This document shows positions 37,101 to 44,494 of a DNA stretch of 64,000 nt, piece by piece (position 1 is the stretch's first letter; each line of letters starts with the position of its first letter). This stretch comes from a virus, in IMG/VR virus record IMGVR_UViG_3300033516_000084, positions 36,967 through 100,966 of that record; one strand, 5' to 3'. The notes under the pieces were generated by a model that was not told the origin of the DNA, searched no databases, and worked only from the letters and a program-made list of their open reading frames with translations. Made by a program: the position numbers and the translations under genes.

Positions 37101-39164
37101 TTCTAAGTGGTCTAGACTAGTTACGGGGGCTTTTGTTTTTTCCGTAAACATTTTGGGCTTTAGGTTCAGCCCATCCTTGGAGAACATAAAATCTTTTATC
37201 AAACTGGCCTTAGTCAGGTTTAGACCTCCCTGTCTGTCGGGGTCGTAATGGCGGGCGGCTAGGATTCCACCAATCACACTTTTACCTTTACGTATCAATC
37301 TATGGCTATCTGCTATTAAATCGGCTTCCAACGTATCGAAAGCCTCCTTGTCGATATGCACACCACCCTTCTCTACCAATTCAAAAGCTCTGGCCGCAGG
37401 ATGTAGTATATTGATGTAAAACCTAGTAAGAGGCTCATTCTGTAGTAATGCTTCCTTCTGTGCAGAAGCTATTACTAGGCAAGCATCTACATCTCCCGCG
37501 CTGTAGCGTAGGAACCCCGTTGGGTCTTTGGCGTACTCCAAGTCCATCCGGGACTTGTCTGCTGTCAAATCGAACGGGTCAGAATATCCCCCCAAACTTG
37601 GGTAGTATATCTTGCAGTGAACGTCTAACCCGTTGCTGTTATGTGATGCCAGCCCTTCGGCTATGAAAGTCTTGGTAGACGTAGTTATGCACACGACTTC
37701 ACCCAAGCCCAAGTCTTTAATACATACAATTTTGTCCTTAAATGGGCATACCGTAATTTGTGACCCAATCCACCTTTGTTTAGGAATTAGCCTCAATGGT
37801 CGAGTAGATACTAACAGTGCCAAGGAGTTCCATGCTTTTTTCATCAGTACGGTCTTGCACACATTGATGTTGTCATCATACTCACCATAGTTCAAACCAA
37901 GTTCATCAAGGATACGTTTCATATCATCTTGAACAACACCCGGCTTCTGGCCCCAAGTTACAGCCCAAGACCTGTACTGGGGTTTATCTCTGTTGGTGTG
38001 GTGACAGGAACCCTCGCCATCCAGAAACCCAGACATACGCCCACGGTCAAACTCAGATATTTTTAGCGGGTCTGGGGCAGGGGTTAGGCGGGTTATCTCA
38101 TCGCCCACCTTTAGCATTTCGGCCTTGCGCCAAGTCTGGAATCTGGATGCGTCTTCTCGAACAAGCATCTGGTGATTCCTGCTAATCCGCAAAACCGTAC
38201 CAGAGGACATAGTGACCTCCAATTTACAGGATTTTCGTGTAGACACCTCAGACACCGTAGCAATTTGGAACGTCCTGGCCTTACCCACGTCTGCCGTCTG
38301 CTCGTCAAACCCAAGCAAGGTATCCCCTTCTTGAACGCTGTCTGCGGTTACCCACCGTAAATCAGAAGTCAGTAGTTTAGTGCTGGCATCTACACAGCGG
38401 TTCTCGTCCAGAATTGACCCTAAAAGATAGGTATCCAGATTGAAATTAGTGCAGTTAATGCCAGACTGCTCGTACACCCACTCAATGTCGTATTTGCCGT
38501 TGGCGGCACGTAAACTGATTTCTTGGCAGTTCAGTAGGTAGTACAAGTCAGCCTTATGTACCGGGTCCTGCATAAAGGCCTTGGACTGCTCTTTAGAGGA
38601 AAAGGCCACCATATACCCCGTACCGGCTTTCCAACTAAATTGGAGTCCAACTATATACCCATTGGGATGGAAGCGGTCTAGGCCCATGGTCTCGGTGTCG
38701 AATGCAAGGTCTACCCGATTACCTACAGAGACCAGTTTAGCGACCTCAGAGACGATTTGTTTTAAGTCGGGTAGGTAGCAGTAGTCTCCGTACTTTGGCT
38801 CGTTGGTGCCTGTTGTGGCAAGGCGTAGCACGGCCCCTACGTCAGTGAGCATATCCACGAACTGGCCGTGGTCCATGTCCCCGATAGATGGGCTGTAGCT
38901 CACCATCAGCGGTACACCCCCGGTAGAAAGTACCTGCTTTCTAAGCCCAGTAACTTTTCTACCCTTTGGGATACCCCCCTGCTGTTGTAGGAGCAGCAAA
39001 GACGTGCTGCCCATGCAGAACACAGCCTTAGCCTGTGGCAGTAATGCGGCTAGACCCTCTAGGTCTTGGGCAAAAGTTATGGGGGTGTCGGGGTATGAGC
39101 AAGTCACAGACCCTATCTTAGACAAGATGGTCATCCTGTCGGCGTTGGAAAAGATTACTAGCAT
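34110..39164 (-). CDS. polA: DNA polymerase family A with an N-terminal UDG-like region, 3'-5' exonuclease and three inteins
   Basis: Exonuclease FDTET, NGKYD, YSAGD; TGRLS; motif A DYSAGEVR; motif B RQKAKAMVFGLLYG; motif C IHD. Confidence 0.95.
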   Translation of the reverse strand: MLVIFSNADRMTILSKIGSVTCSYPDTPITFAQDLEGLAALLPQAKAVFCMGSTSLLLLQQQGGIPKGRKVTGLRKQVLSTGGVPLMVSYSPSIGDMDHGQFVDMLTDVGAVLRLATTGTNEPKYGDYCYLPDLKQIVSEVAKLVSVGNRVDLAFDTETMGLDRFHPNGYIVGLQFSWKAGTGYMVAFSSKEQSKAFMQDPVHKADLYYLLNCQEISLRAANGKYDIEWVYEQSGINCTNFNLDTYLLGSILDENRCVDASTKLLTSDLRWVTADSVQEGDTLLGFDEQTADVGKARTFQIATVSEVSTRKSCKLEVTMSSGTVLRISRNHQMLVREDASRFQTWRKAEMLKVGDEITRLTPAPDPLKISEFDRGRMSGFLDGEGSCHHTNRDKPQYRSWAVTWGQKPGVVQDDMKRILDELGLNYGEYDDNINVCKTVLMKKAWNSLALLVSTRPLRLIPKQRWIGSQITVCPFKDKIVCIKDLGLGEVVCITTSTKTFIAEGLASHNSNGLDVHCKIYYPSLGGYSDPFDLTADKSRMDLEYAKDPTGFLRYSAGDVDACLVIASAQKEALLQNEPLTRFYINILHPAARAFELVEKGGVHIDKEAFDTLEADLIADSHRLIRKGKSVIGGILAARHYDPDRQGGLNLTKASLIKDFMFSKDGLNLKPKMFTEKTKAPVTSLDHLEMFKDVPEAKEFVELMSEFSSTTKTLSTYIVGFGKHIRSDGRLHPTYIFYSGDKERSGEGTVCLPAGELVLTNKGYIPIENVVAGNLVITHTGEQHPVTETVFNGVQPIIQVTMSNGLVLKTTPNHPYRIRDTWVNAEDLEVGMQAWAHSDTEVWAPIHNWVDFEVSTWGRVFNKKTKRVLTQNPKGKWGHLKVCLYRNGSQTRGEDRMDFAVHKLVATAFLGAANGLEVRHLNGIAWDNTLTNLAYGTSKEDHLDAVKHGTLTKRVGDEAKLTPSIVSIIRSSKPVADGGPTQKELGHIFGVSHRLIGMVLSGQRWETKNHVGPLSTFKGIFVTDIKHLPPEPTYGVTVEKDHSHVTGGIMTHNTGRLSCTGPAFQCCKGSTLVYNKDGWSSIQSMVDGYEQGKPYMVLTHTGEWKPVVGVYRNGVQPLLKITTKSGAVLECTGNHPLLTDSGFVRADWLKVGDITWRFFDETSLLGYRENSGYATTSGGRGDDTGEALGKVQMPVWFGKGASCRLPNQWESKIMWVQNYCNTWALQWKIRGSKSIFDILNVAQYEKPMLQPKGGWLQGLWGSWNCGLPGVVTFIRDLFGGYGGQTYGYVLRPNGCEWGLQCNQLQMGYPLGARYEQEKQRHAGVQRGYEEQIRMGERAWYVPPSDKRQAWSRVECGSGVHHTSEAKEAGFTKDTILSIEEVPAEETFDLTIEDSHSFVANGIVVHNTIPKHTTWGKRIRKCYTAPPGFVVLESDYSAGEVRVAACMANEQAMLTAFSKGMDLHAYTGATAAGLTYEQMMELKKTDKERYGELRQKAKAMVFGLLYGMGAPGFMDYARTGYGVVMTLEEATHARNVFFETYPQLLAYHHTYKTFAKNHGYIISPLGRVRHLPLINSPRQEIRAQEERRAINSGVQGCLSDMMIWAISEQVRTGMYAEAPCFGAIHDASYVYAPEDKWEYFAHKVVEGMECLPFHKVGWEPQTRFLADCKMGPSMGSLVDVKITRTW
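34950..35972 (-). mobile_element. Pol intein 3 (contains an out-of-frame HNH gene)
   Basis: Begins CCKGSTLV; CTGNHP; ends VVHN followed by Thr; 341 aa; the central region has no recognisable in-frame domain. Confidence 0.88.
35033..35692 (-). CDS. HNH endonuclease nested in an alternative frame of Pol intein 3
   Basis: CKCQCG, SCGC, WHSMKNRC, YGGRGI, LDRMDVNGDY..NCRWAT; own GGAGA RBS; frame offset 1 relative to polA. Confidence 0.88.
   Translation of the reverse strand: MMKHPYLGIGKTVGMLLLVEDVGMIQGRHWVKCKCQCGSVKELRADYLTSGKARSCGCKTIATHGHSSGRSEGLKVSSTYSTWHSMKNRCYNPKVDGYKGYGGRGIAVCPEWLHSFETFLADMGDKPMGMSLDRMDVNGDYSAINCRWATPLEQGTNKRNSAMLEYNGVTKSKSVWGRELGMSPQVINGRLGLGWSVEAVFTTPVRPKKQGLPKIPSLV
36009..36917 (-). 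mobile_element. Pol intein 2 with a NUMOD4-HNH domain
   Basis: Begins CLPAGELV; TTPNHP; FEVSTWGRV, VHKLVATAF, RHLNG..DN..NL; ends THN followed by Thr; 303 aa. Confidence 0.9.
37638..38396 (-). mobile_element. Pol intein 1 (reduced LAGLIDADG) in the exonuclease domain
   Basis: Begins CVDASTKLLT; SGFLDGEGS; ends ASHN followed by Ser; 253 aa. Confidence 0.88.
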
Positions 39165-39173
39165 TGCATCCTA

Positions 39174-39611
39174 CTAAATTTGATCGACAATTGCCAAGTC
39201 CATAGGTTCCCAAAGGTTGGGAACCTCGGAAAAAAGGCTGTTCATATAAAACACTCGGGTGATAGAGGGCTTTAGCTTCTTCAAGCTGGCCTTGGCGTTA
39301 CCTAGGCCGAACTCACGTTCTGCACCCACATGGATTTTAGCCTTTGACCCATCAAAGAACAGTAGCCACGTACCCTCGGCAGTGGCTATGAAGTACGACC
39401 ACAGGTTTCCATAGATGCGGGCTACAGCACTGCACATGTTGTCTGTGTTTTCGTCCACTACGATAGTCACGTCACCCTTGGCTACCCACTGCCCCACCTT
39501 GAACTGGTGCGAGGGGATAAGTCCCCGTATGTCAGAACCAACATGAAACATGTCGGTTTGAAAGGCATCAGCTACTTTGTAAACCAGATCATCATTCATT
39601 TGAACTCCCAT
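39174..39611 (-). CDS. hypothetical protein
   Basis: In the operon upstream of polA. Confidence 0.6.
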   Translation of the reverse strand: MGVQMNDDLVYKVADAFQTDMFHVGSDIRGLIPSHQFKVGQWVAKGDVTIVVDENTDNMCSAVARIYGNLWSYFIATAEGTWLLFFDGSKAKIHVGAEREFGLGNAKASLKKLKPSITRVFYMNSLFSEVPNLWEPMDLAIVDQI

Positions 39612-39844
39612 TTATTTAAGGCGTTGGAAACAATAAAATCTTTGCCGGTCATAACCCCGTAGTACATCAGGGAAAACTTCAATACCGTGGGGTTGGAAGT
39701 GCGCTCAGTGCAGAACAACTCTGCCTGATCACTCACCCCGTTGACGGACACCTTCATCTTGCCCCCCACTTTCATGGCCACCAACTTCTTGTTTAGCTGG
39801 TACTTCTTGTCCAGCTCCAGGTCTTGAATTTGCGCGTTATCCAT
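39596..39844 (-). CDS. hypothetical protein
   Basis: Coupled ORF. Confidence 0.55.
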   Translation of the reverse strand: MDNAQIQDLELDKKYQLNKKLVAMKVGGKMKVSVNGVSDQAELFCTERTSNPTVLKFSLMYYGVMTGKDFIVSNALNKWEFK

Positions 39845-40619
39845 TTAATTGTTCTTTCATGGTTGCTACTTCTTCAAACTCGATACCGGCACCCATGATA
39901 ACTGAGCCAATAACCCGCATAGCCATGGAATTATTGTTCAGACTAACGTGCATACTCAGATAGTTTGAACTGTCGGTAAACCCTAGGGCAACCAGCTTAT
40001 CCGCTGTTTCCTGGCTCTTGGCCCCTTGGAACTCAGCCCGGATGCTTACCGTACCAGTTTGTTCACGTACCGCTATGTTCAACTTTCCGATAGCGGCCAC
40101 CCGGTAAACAGAGCCAGCACTAGTACCATCCACCTTCTGCCCTATAGCCCTAGCGTCTTTCAGCTTGATCACCGATGGCGTGGGTTTAGGCTTGGCCTTG
40201 ACCACCGGGGCCTGTTTTTGGGCAGATTCATACAATGCCTTTACAGAAGCAGCAGCTTTCACCTCACTATTAGGCACTGGTATCGAGGTCATCCAAGGTG
40301 GTGGCACAGTGGCCACCGGGGGCGCTGGTGTGGCTAGTACCTGCATACCCGCGCTGGCTATCAACGCCTCTTCAATAACAGCGCACAGTTTGTCCGCAAT
40401 AATGCTCTTGATGGACAACGAATCTGCTTTTGACAGTGGGACAGGGGATGCCGCAGAAAACTCGACACCCTTGACCGTAAAAGATACGGAGAACAGTCCC
40501 ACTTTAACAGGAACCCCCAGAGACTGTAGGTATTTCACCTTTGTTATCCCCGGTGAGTTATATCCTAAAATGGATTCCAAGGTAGTTATGCTTGACTGGT
40601 TTGACATAGTAATCGCCAC
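39837..40619 (-). CDS. hypothetical two-domain protein with a Pro/Ala linker
   Basis: Class I promoter and hairpin RBS; C-terminal GQKVDGTSAGSVY domain. Confidence 0.65.
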   Translation of the reverse strand: MAITMSNQSSITTLESILGYNSPGITKVKYLQSLGVPVKVGLFSVSFTVKGVEFSAASPVPLSKADSLSIKSIIADKLCAVIEEALIASAGMQVLATPAPPVATVPPPWMTSIPVPNSEVKAAASVKALYESAQKQAPVVKAKPKPTPSVIKLKDARAIGQKVDGTSAGSVYRVAAIGKLNIAVREQTGTVSIRAEFQGAKSQETADKLVALGFTDSSNYLSMHVSLNNNSMAMRVIGSVIMGAGIEFEEVATMKEQLNG

Positions 40620-40685
40620 TTTCTCACTCCTTTGAGTTTGTTTGTGTAAGGCTTTATTATAACAGGGTTTAATCGTTTGTCAAGA

Positions 40686-41444
40686 TTAAAACAGCACTCC
40701 CACCGCTTTTTTATTGGAGGCCACTGCATTCCACGTTTTCTTTGCGTTAGCGAATGCGGTTCCAGCCTTCTTCTTAATTTCACTAGCGCCTGCTTTGGGC
40801 CACGAATCGGTCACCCCTTTCATGGACTTACCACTGTACCCTTGCAGCGGGTTGTAGCCCTTGGCCGCGAACTCCTTGGTGCCATCCACCTTGGTGATAC
40901 CGAAGTGCTTATGCAGGAAATTGATTTGGTCCAGGGACTCCACGGCTTTTTTGCAGTAGAGTTTCCTGACTGACGTAATAGAGTCCTTATCACCGTTTAT
41001 CACGTTGAATACCGCAGAAAATAGGGTACCAGTACGGCCATGCCCCCCGATACACCCGGCGTGTACCCGCTTACCGGCCTGCAATTGATTGCACACGAAA
41101 TCCACCAGCTTGGTAAAGGTCTTGACATCATTGGGGGCATTCATGTCGGTGATCGGGTACAGCACCTGCTGAATCTGGTACTCCAATTCCCACGGCAAGT
41201 ACTCTTTTACCTGCATCCCGTGGTCCAGACCGATGTAAACATCAGCGTTTCCGATGATCGGGTTAATGCAACTGCCACCGTACAAAGTACCTCCCCCAAT
41301 CAACAGCGTTGGGTGGGTGTGGTAGCACGAATGCTTACCCATGACCGGGTGAGAGGATTTTGCACCCCAATCACTCAGGTCAAGGCCCATCATGTTGTCG
41401 GAATAGCCTTTTTCGCTGTAGGATTTCATATTACATTCTTTCAT
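40686..41444 (-). CDS. protein tyrosine / dual-specificity phosphatase family
   Basis: CX5R motif HAGCIGGHGRTG; PITDM loop; AVES..Q. Confidence 0.85.
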   Translation of the reverse strand: MKECNMKSYSEKGYSDNMMGLDLSDWGAKSSHPVMGKHSCYHTHPTLLIGGGTLYGGSCINPIIGNADVYIGLDHGMQVKEYLPWELEYQIQQVLYPITDMNAPNDVKTFTKLVDFVCNQLQAGKRVHAGCIGGHGRTGTLFSAVFNVINGDKDSITSVRKLYCKKAVESLDQINFLHKHFGITKVDGTKEFAAKGYNPLQGYSGKSMKGVTDSWPKAGASEIKKKAGTAFANAKKTWNAVASNKKAVGVLF

Positions 41445-42435
41445 AAATAGCTACTGTTTCACCAGGATACCACTCCAACACACTTTTTGTTTTTACAGCT
41501 TTCCCATTCACCAACACCGGCGCGGTAGGCTTGGGGTGCATAGCATCTTGCTTTGCCTTCTGCTTCATGTAGCTGGTTGACGTAATAACCGGCACTACCT
41601 TATGCCAGTCAACGTATGGACCAAGGCCAAGGGTGTCTTTGCCAGCCAAGGCCAAGGCGTAAATGTCGGAAGTGCAGGCACTGTTAGCGAACTCCTTGTT
41701 AATCAGCGCCTCACACACCTGACCAGACCGCTGTACATCCAAGATCACCATAAACTCGCTACTGTACTTGTCGTACATCATCCCCTTGTTGAACATCGGT
41801 CCGTTATTGTGGGCCAGGGTGTACGCTGTATCAATGAACACCTCCCCGCTAATCGTACCGTTCACGTAGTTGAGTAGAGTATGGGCGATCATCCCCCAGG
41901 GCTTACCACCGTACCCTCCACCAAATGACCCGGTATTAAACGAGTGTGTCAGGCACTGGCAATAGTCCTTCAATGAAATATCGGGCACCTTCTTTAACCA
42001 CGCATTTAATGAATCTTCTGAACTACTGTCAGATATGGTAGGGCACAGGGCCTTTAGTTCGGGGGTGTAGGGCTGACTCTTGACACCACTCACGGTATCC
42101 AAGTTTTTAAGGTGCCGCCATTCCCGGCTGATGACCAAGAACGTGTACCAGAACATCCGGCTATGCTGCGAGTCCATCTCCTTGCAGTAGAGGGACACCA
42201 CTTTTTCACCCCATTCTGGCAGTACCTCATTCTCGGTAAACCGGGCAGACATTAGGCCTACTAGCTGGTTAAGGGCATAGAAGCGAATAGCCTGGGCATC
42301 AGGGTTTTCTGTAGAACTGTTTTTGTCAATAGACAGCAGCTTGTCAGCCAACTGCTTTGCTGATACCCCAAACCCTGCTACCCGGCGCATTGGATGCGAG
42401 GATACTGACCTGAGGGTTTTTCCGTTTTCTTCCAT
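41431..42435 (-). CDS. hypothetical protein, possible substrate-binding partner of the PPDK-like kinase
   Basis: Motifs SREWRH, GGYGGKPWG.IA and FIDTAYTLAHNNGPMFNKG; sits between the two phosphatases. Confidence 0.6.
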   Translation of the reverse strand: MEENGKTLRSVSSHPMRRVAGFGVSAKQLADKLLSIDKNSSTENPDAQAIRFYALNQLVGLMSARFTENEVLPEWGEKVVSLYCKEMDSQHSRMFWYTFLVISREWRHLKNLDTVSGVKSQPYTPELKALCPTISDSSSEDSLNAWLKKVPDISLKDYCQCLTHSFNTGSFGGGYGGKPWGMIAHTLLNYVNGTISGEVFIDTAYTLAHNNGPMFNKGMMYDKYSSEFMVILDVQRSGQVCEALINKEFANSACTSDIYALALAGKDTLGLGPYVDWHKVVPVITSTSYMKQKAKQDAMHPKPTAPVLVNGKAVKTKSVLEWYPGETVAIYERM

Positions 42436-42469
42436 TGTTGCACTCCTTTGCTGTAGAGCTAATTATATG

Positions 42470-42946
42470 TCAGTTATACGGGTTTGTCAAGAGTTTATTC
42501 TTCTTAAACACGTTTTTTACCTTGGCCCAAAAAATCATCTTCTTGATCTTAGGGTCAATCTCAAAGTCCTGCACGTACTTCATCTGCTGCTCAGTCTCTA
42601 CCGCATGGGCATAGTACTGGGTGCGTACTGACGTAACCGGGTCTTCATCCCCCCAGGCCTTCATAACCAGGGCCATGATCAGCCCGGTGCGGCCAATGCC
42701 ACCGAAGCATCCGGCGTACACCGGTTCACCCTCCAAGATATAGGTGATGGTGGCAAGTAGTCCCTCCTGCATGTCCTTCAAGGCAGGTACATTGAAGTCC
42801 TTAGTAGGGATATTGACTTCACATGGTGCATTGATTTCAGCCGCCATTTTCACACCAGTCATCCCCCGTGGGATTTTAAGGTAAGGGCCTCCGTACATGC
42901 GATACGAACAACCACGAAAAGCTGGTAATGAGATGAAACCCTTCAA
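42470..42946 (-). CDS. protein tyrosine / dual-specificity phosphatase family
   Basis: YAGCFGGIGRTG; PTKDF; AVET..Q; likely TTG start. Confidence 0.85.
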   Translation of the reverse strand: MKGFISLPAFRGCSYRMYGGPYLKIPRGMTGVKMAAEINAPCEVNIPTKDFNVPALKDMQEGLLATITYILEGEPVYAGCFGGIGRTGLIMALVMKAWGDEDPVTSVRTQYYAHAVETEQQMKYVQDFEIDPKIKKMIFWAKVKNVFKKNKLLTNPYN

Positions 42947-43031
42947 TTGATACTCCTTTATATGCAGTGGGCTACTGCGGTTACGATTTACTTGCTACTG
43001 AGTCTATTATATACCAAAATAAAGTAGTTTG

Positions 43032-43250
43032 TCAAGTATTTTTAGCACTATATCTAAAGTTTTGGGTGTGATAGTAGCCCATCCTGTATACATGCATGGT
43101 TTCCATGTCAACGTCAAATATCCACCCCCTGTACCTACGGTTAGCCCATAGGTGGGTGAACTTTGCACTGCTGATAACCATCTTCTCTAACTGCGGTAGC
43201 GTTAGATCGTGGCTTCTCCTCAGTGTATCGGGCTGAATCTCCAATAACAT
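43032..43250 (-). CDS. hypothetical protein
   Basis: Small ORF with TH..ANRRY..WIF. Confidence 0.5.
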   Translation of the reverse strand: MLLEIQPDTLRRSHDLTLPQLEKMVISSAKFTHLWANRRYRGWIFDVDMETMHVYRMGYYHTQNFRYSAKNT

Positions 43251-43254
43251 GACA

Positions 43255-43515
43255 CTAAGTCAACCTAATGATAGGTATGTCCCGGCTGGCCTCAAAACAC
43301 AGGCGTGGGCCGGGGTTAGCGGATGCGCCTCGTCCAATACTCACGTACACCTTGGGCAGAATCTCTACTCGGTTTTGTGACGAAATAATGAAGGGGATAG
43401 CCTTCTCACCTACGGCCATTCTCATAATTTCTCCAGGGCCTACCGAGGTCATCGTTACCTTGGTGTCGCCAATTTGCAGTACCTGTCCGGTACGAACCCC
43501 AATACTCAAAGCCAA
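43255..43515 (-). CDS. CsrA/RsmA-like RNA-binding protein
   Basis: LSIGVRTGQVLQIGDTKVT and RLCFEASRDIPIIR resemble CsrA LILTRRVGETLMIGDEVTV and RIGVNAPKEVSVHR, with an internal extension. Confidence 0.55.
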   Translation of the reverse strand: MALSIGVRTGQVLQIGDTKVTMTSVGPGEIMRMAVGEKAIPFIISSQNRVEILPKVYVSIGRGASANPGPRLCFEASRDIPIIRLT

Positions 43516-43526
43516 GATATGTCTCC

Positions 43527-44015
43527 TTAAACTGGTTGAAATAAGGCTTCCTGGGCTGTAGCCCTAGCAGAAACCGCGTCTTTTAACTCTACAAAAAACC
43601 CCAAATGTCGCTTCTTTTTATTAAGCGTAATTTGTGAGTGCCACCTTCTGCCACGGTACTGACTAACCCCGATATGCCCAGATTTGTTGGTAGAGGGCAG
43701 TGACCGGTTCTGATTATTCACCGCCTGAGGCACATCCCGGTAGTTGGAAAACACATCATTTTCTGGATTACGGTCTTTGTGGTCGATAACACCGGTGGGC
43801 CATGCGCCAGTCATGTAAAACCATGCCAACCTAGCTGCCGTATAGGAAGCTGTGCCTATCATAATCCTGCGGCGGCGGTCACTTTGAACACCTGCCCAAT
43901 ACCCGGCAACATCACCGGCCTTCACAGACCGTCGGGGGCTGACCAGCCAAACCAACACACCCGTTATTGGGTCGTAGTTAAGCTGTCTTAGCAGACTAGC
44001 GTGAGTCAAAGCCAT
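43527..44015 (-). CDS. HNH-AP2 homing endonuclease
   Basis: LNYDPITG, RLAWFYMTG.WP..IDHKDRN..ND...N, NKSGHIGV, HLGFF. Confidence 0.85.
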   Translation of the reverse strand: MALTHASLLRQLNYDPITGVLVWLVSPRRSVKAGDVAGYWAGVQSDRRRRIMIGTASYTAARLAWFYMTGAWPTGVIDHKDRNPENDVFSNYRDVPQAVNNQNRSLPSTNKSGHIGVSQYRGRRWHSQITLNKKKRHLGFFVELKDAVSARATAQEALFQPV

Positions 44016-44023
44016 ATATTCTC

Positions 44024-44443
44024 CTATTTTAGTCCCATTAAATCCAACGCGCATTCCGCAAGCTCCCAGGTGCTGCCATCAATAACCCCCCGTTTGTAAT
44101 CCACTACTCTAACCAGACCCCGGCTTCTTAATATCATCAGGTAGCTACTAACGTCCGATACCGTGAAGCTATTACCGTGTAGGGTTAGGGTGTCAGTAAC
44201 CTCCCTACTATTAGCCGGTTCTATTTGCCATAAACATGATAATGTCGAGAACAGGTAAGTTCCAACCCTTGGTAATCGCACATCCTTCACTTTCTCATTA
44301 TGGATAACCTCAAGGGATAACAGGGTCGTAAATACCACCTTCCGGTAACCGCACCAGCATACTAGTGTCAGGTCGGTATCGGATTTTTGGTATCTCGCGT
44401 TTGCGCTTCCACACTTTGGACAGTCTGCTGTATAGACACTCAT
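44024..44443 (-). CDS. zinc-ribbon plus winged-HTH protein (putative transcription factor)
   Basis: CPKC...CWC; C-terminal SDVSSYLMILRSRGLV...TWEL. Confidence 0.6.
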   Translation of the reverse strand: MSVYTADCPKCGSANARYQKSDTDLTLVCWCGYRKVVFTTLLSLEVIHNEKVKDVRLPRVGTYLFSTLSCLWQIEPANSREVTDTLTLHGNSFTVSDVSSYLMILRSRGLVRVVDYKRGVIDGSTWELAECALDLMGLK

Positions 44444-44494
44444 AGAACTCCGGGCGGTAAGGCCCGTATTCTACCGTATCCTTATACCATGTAA

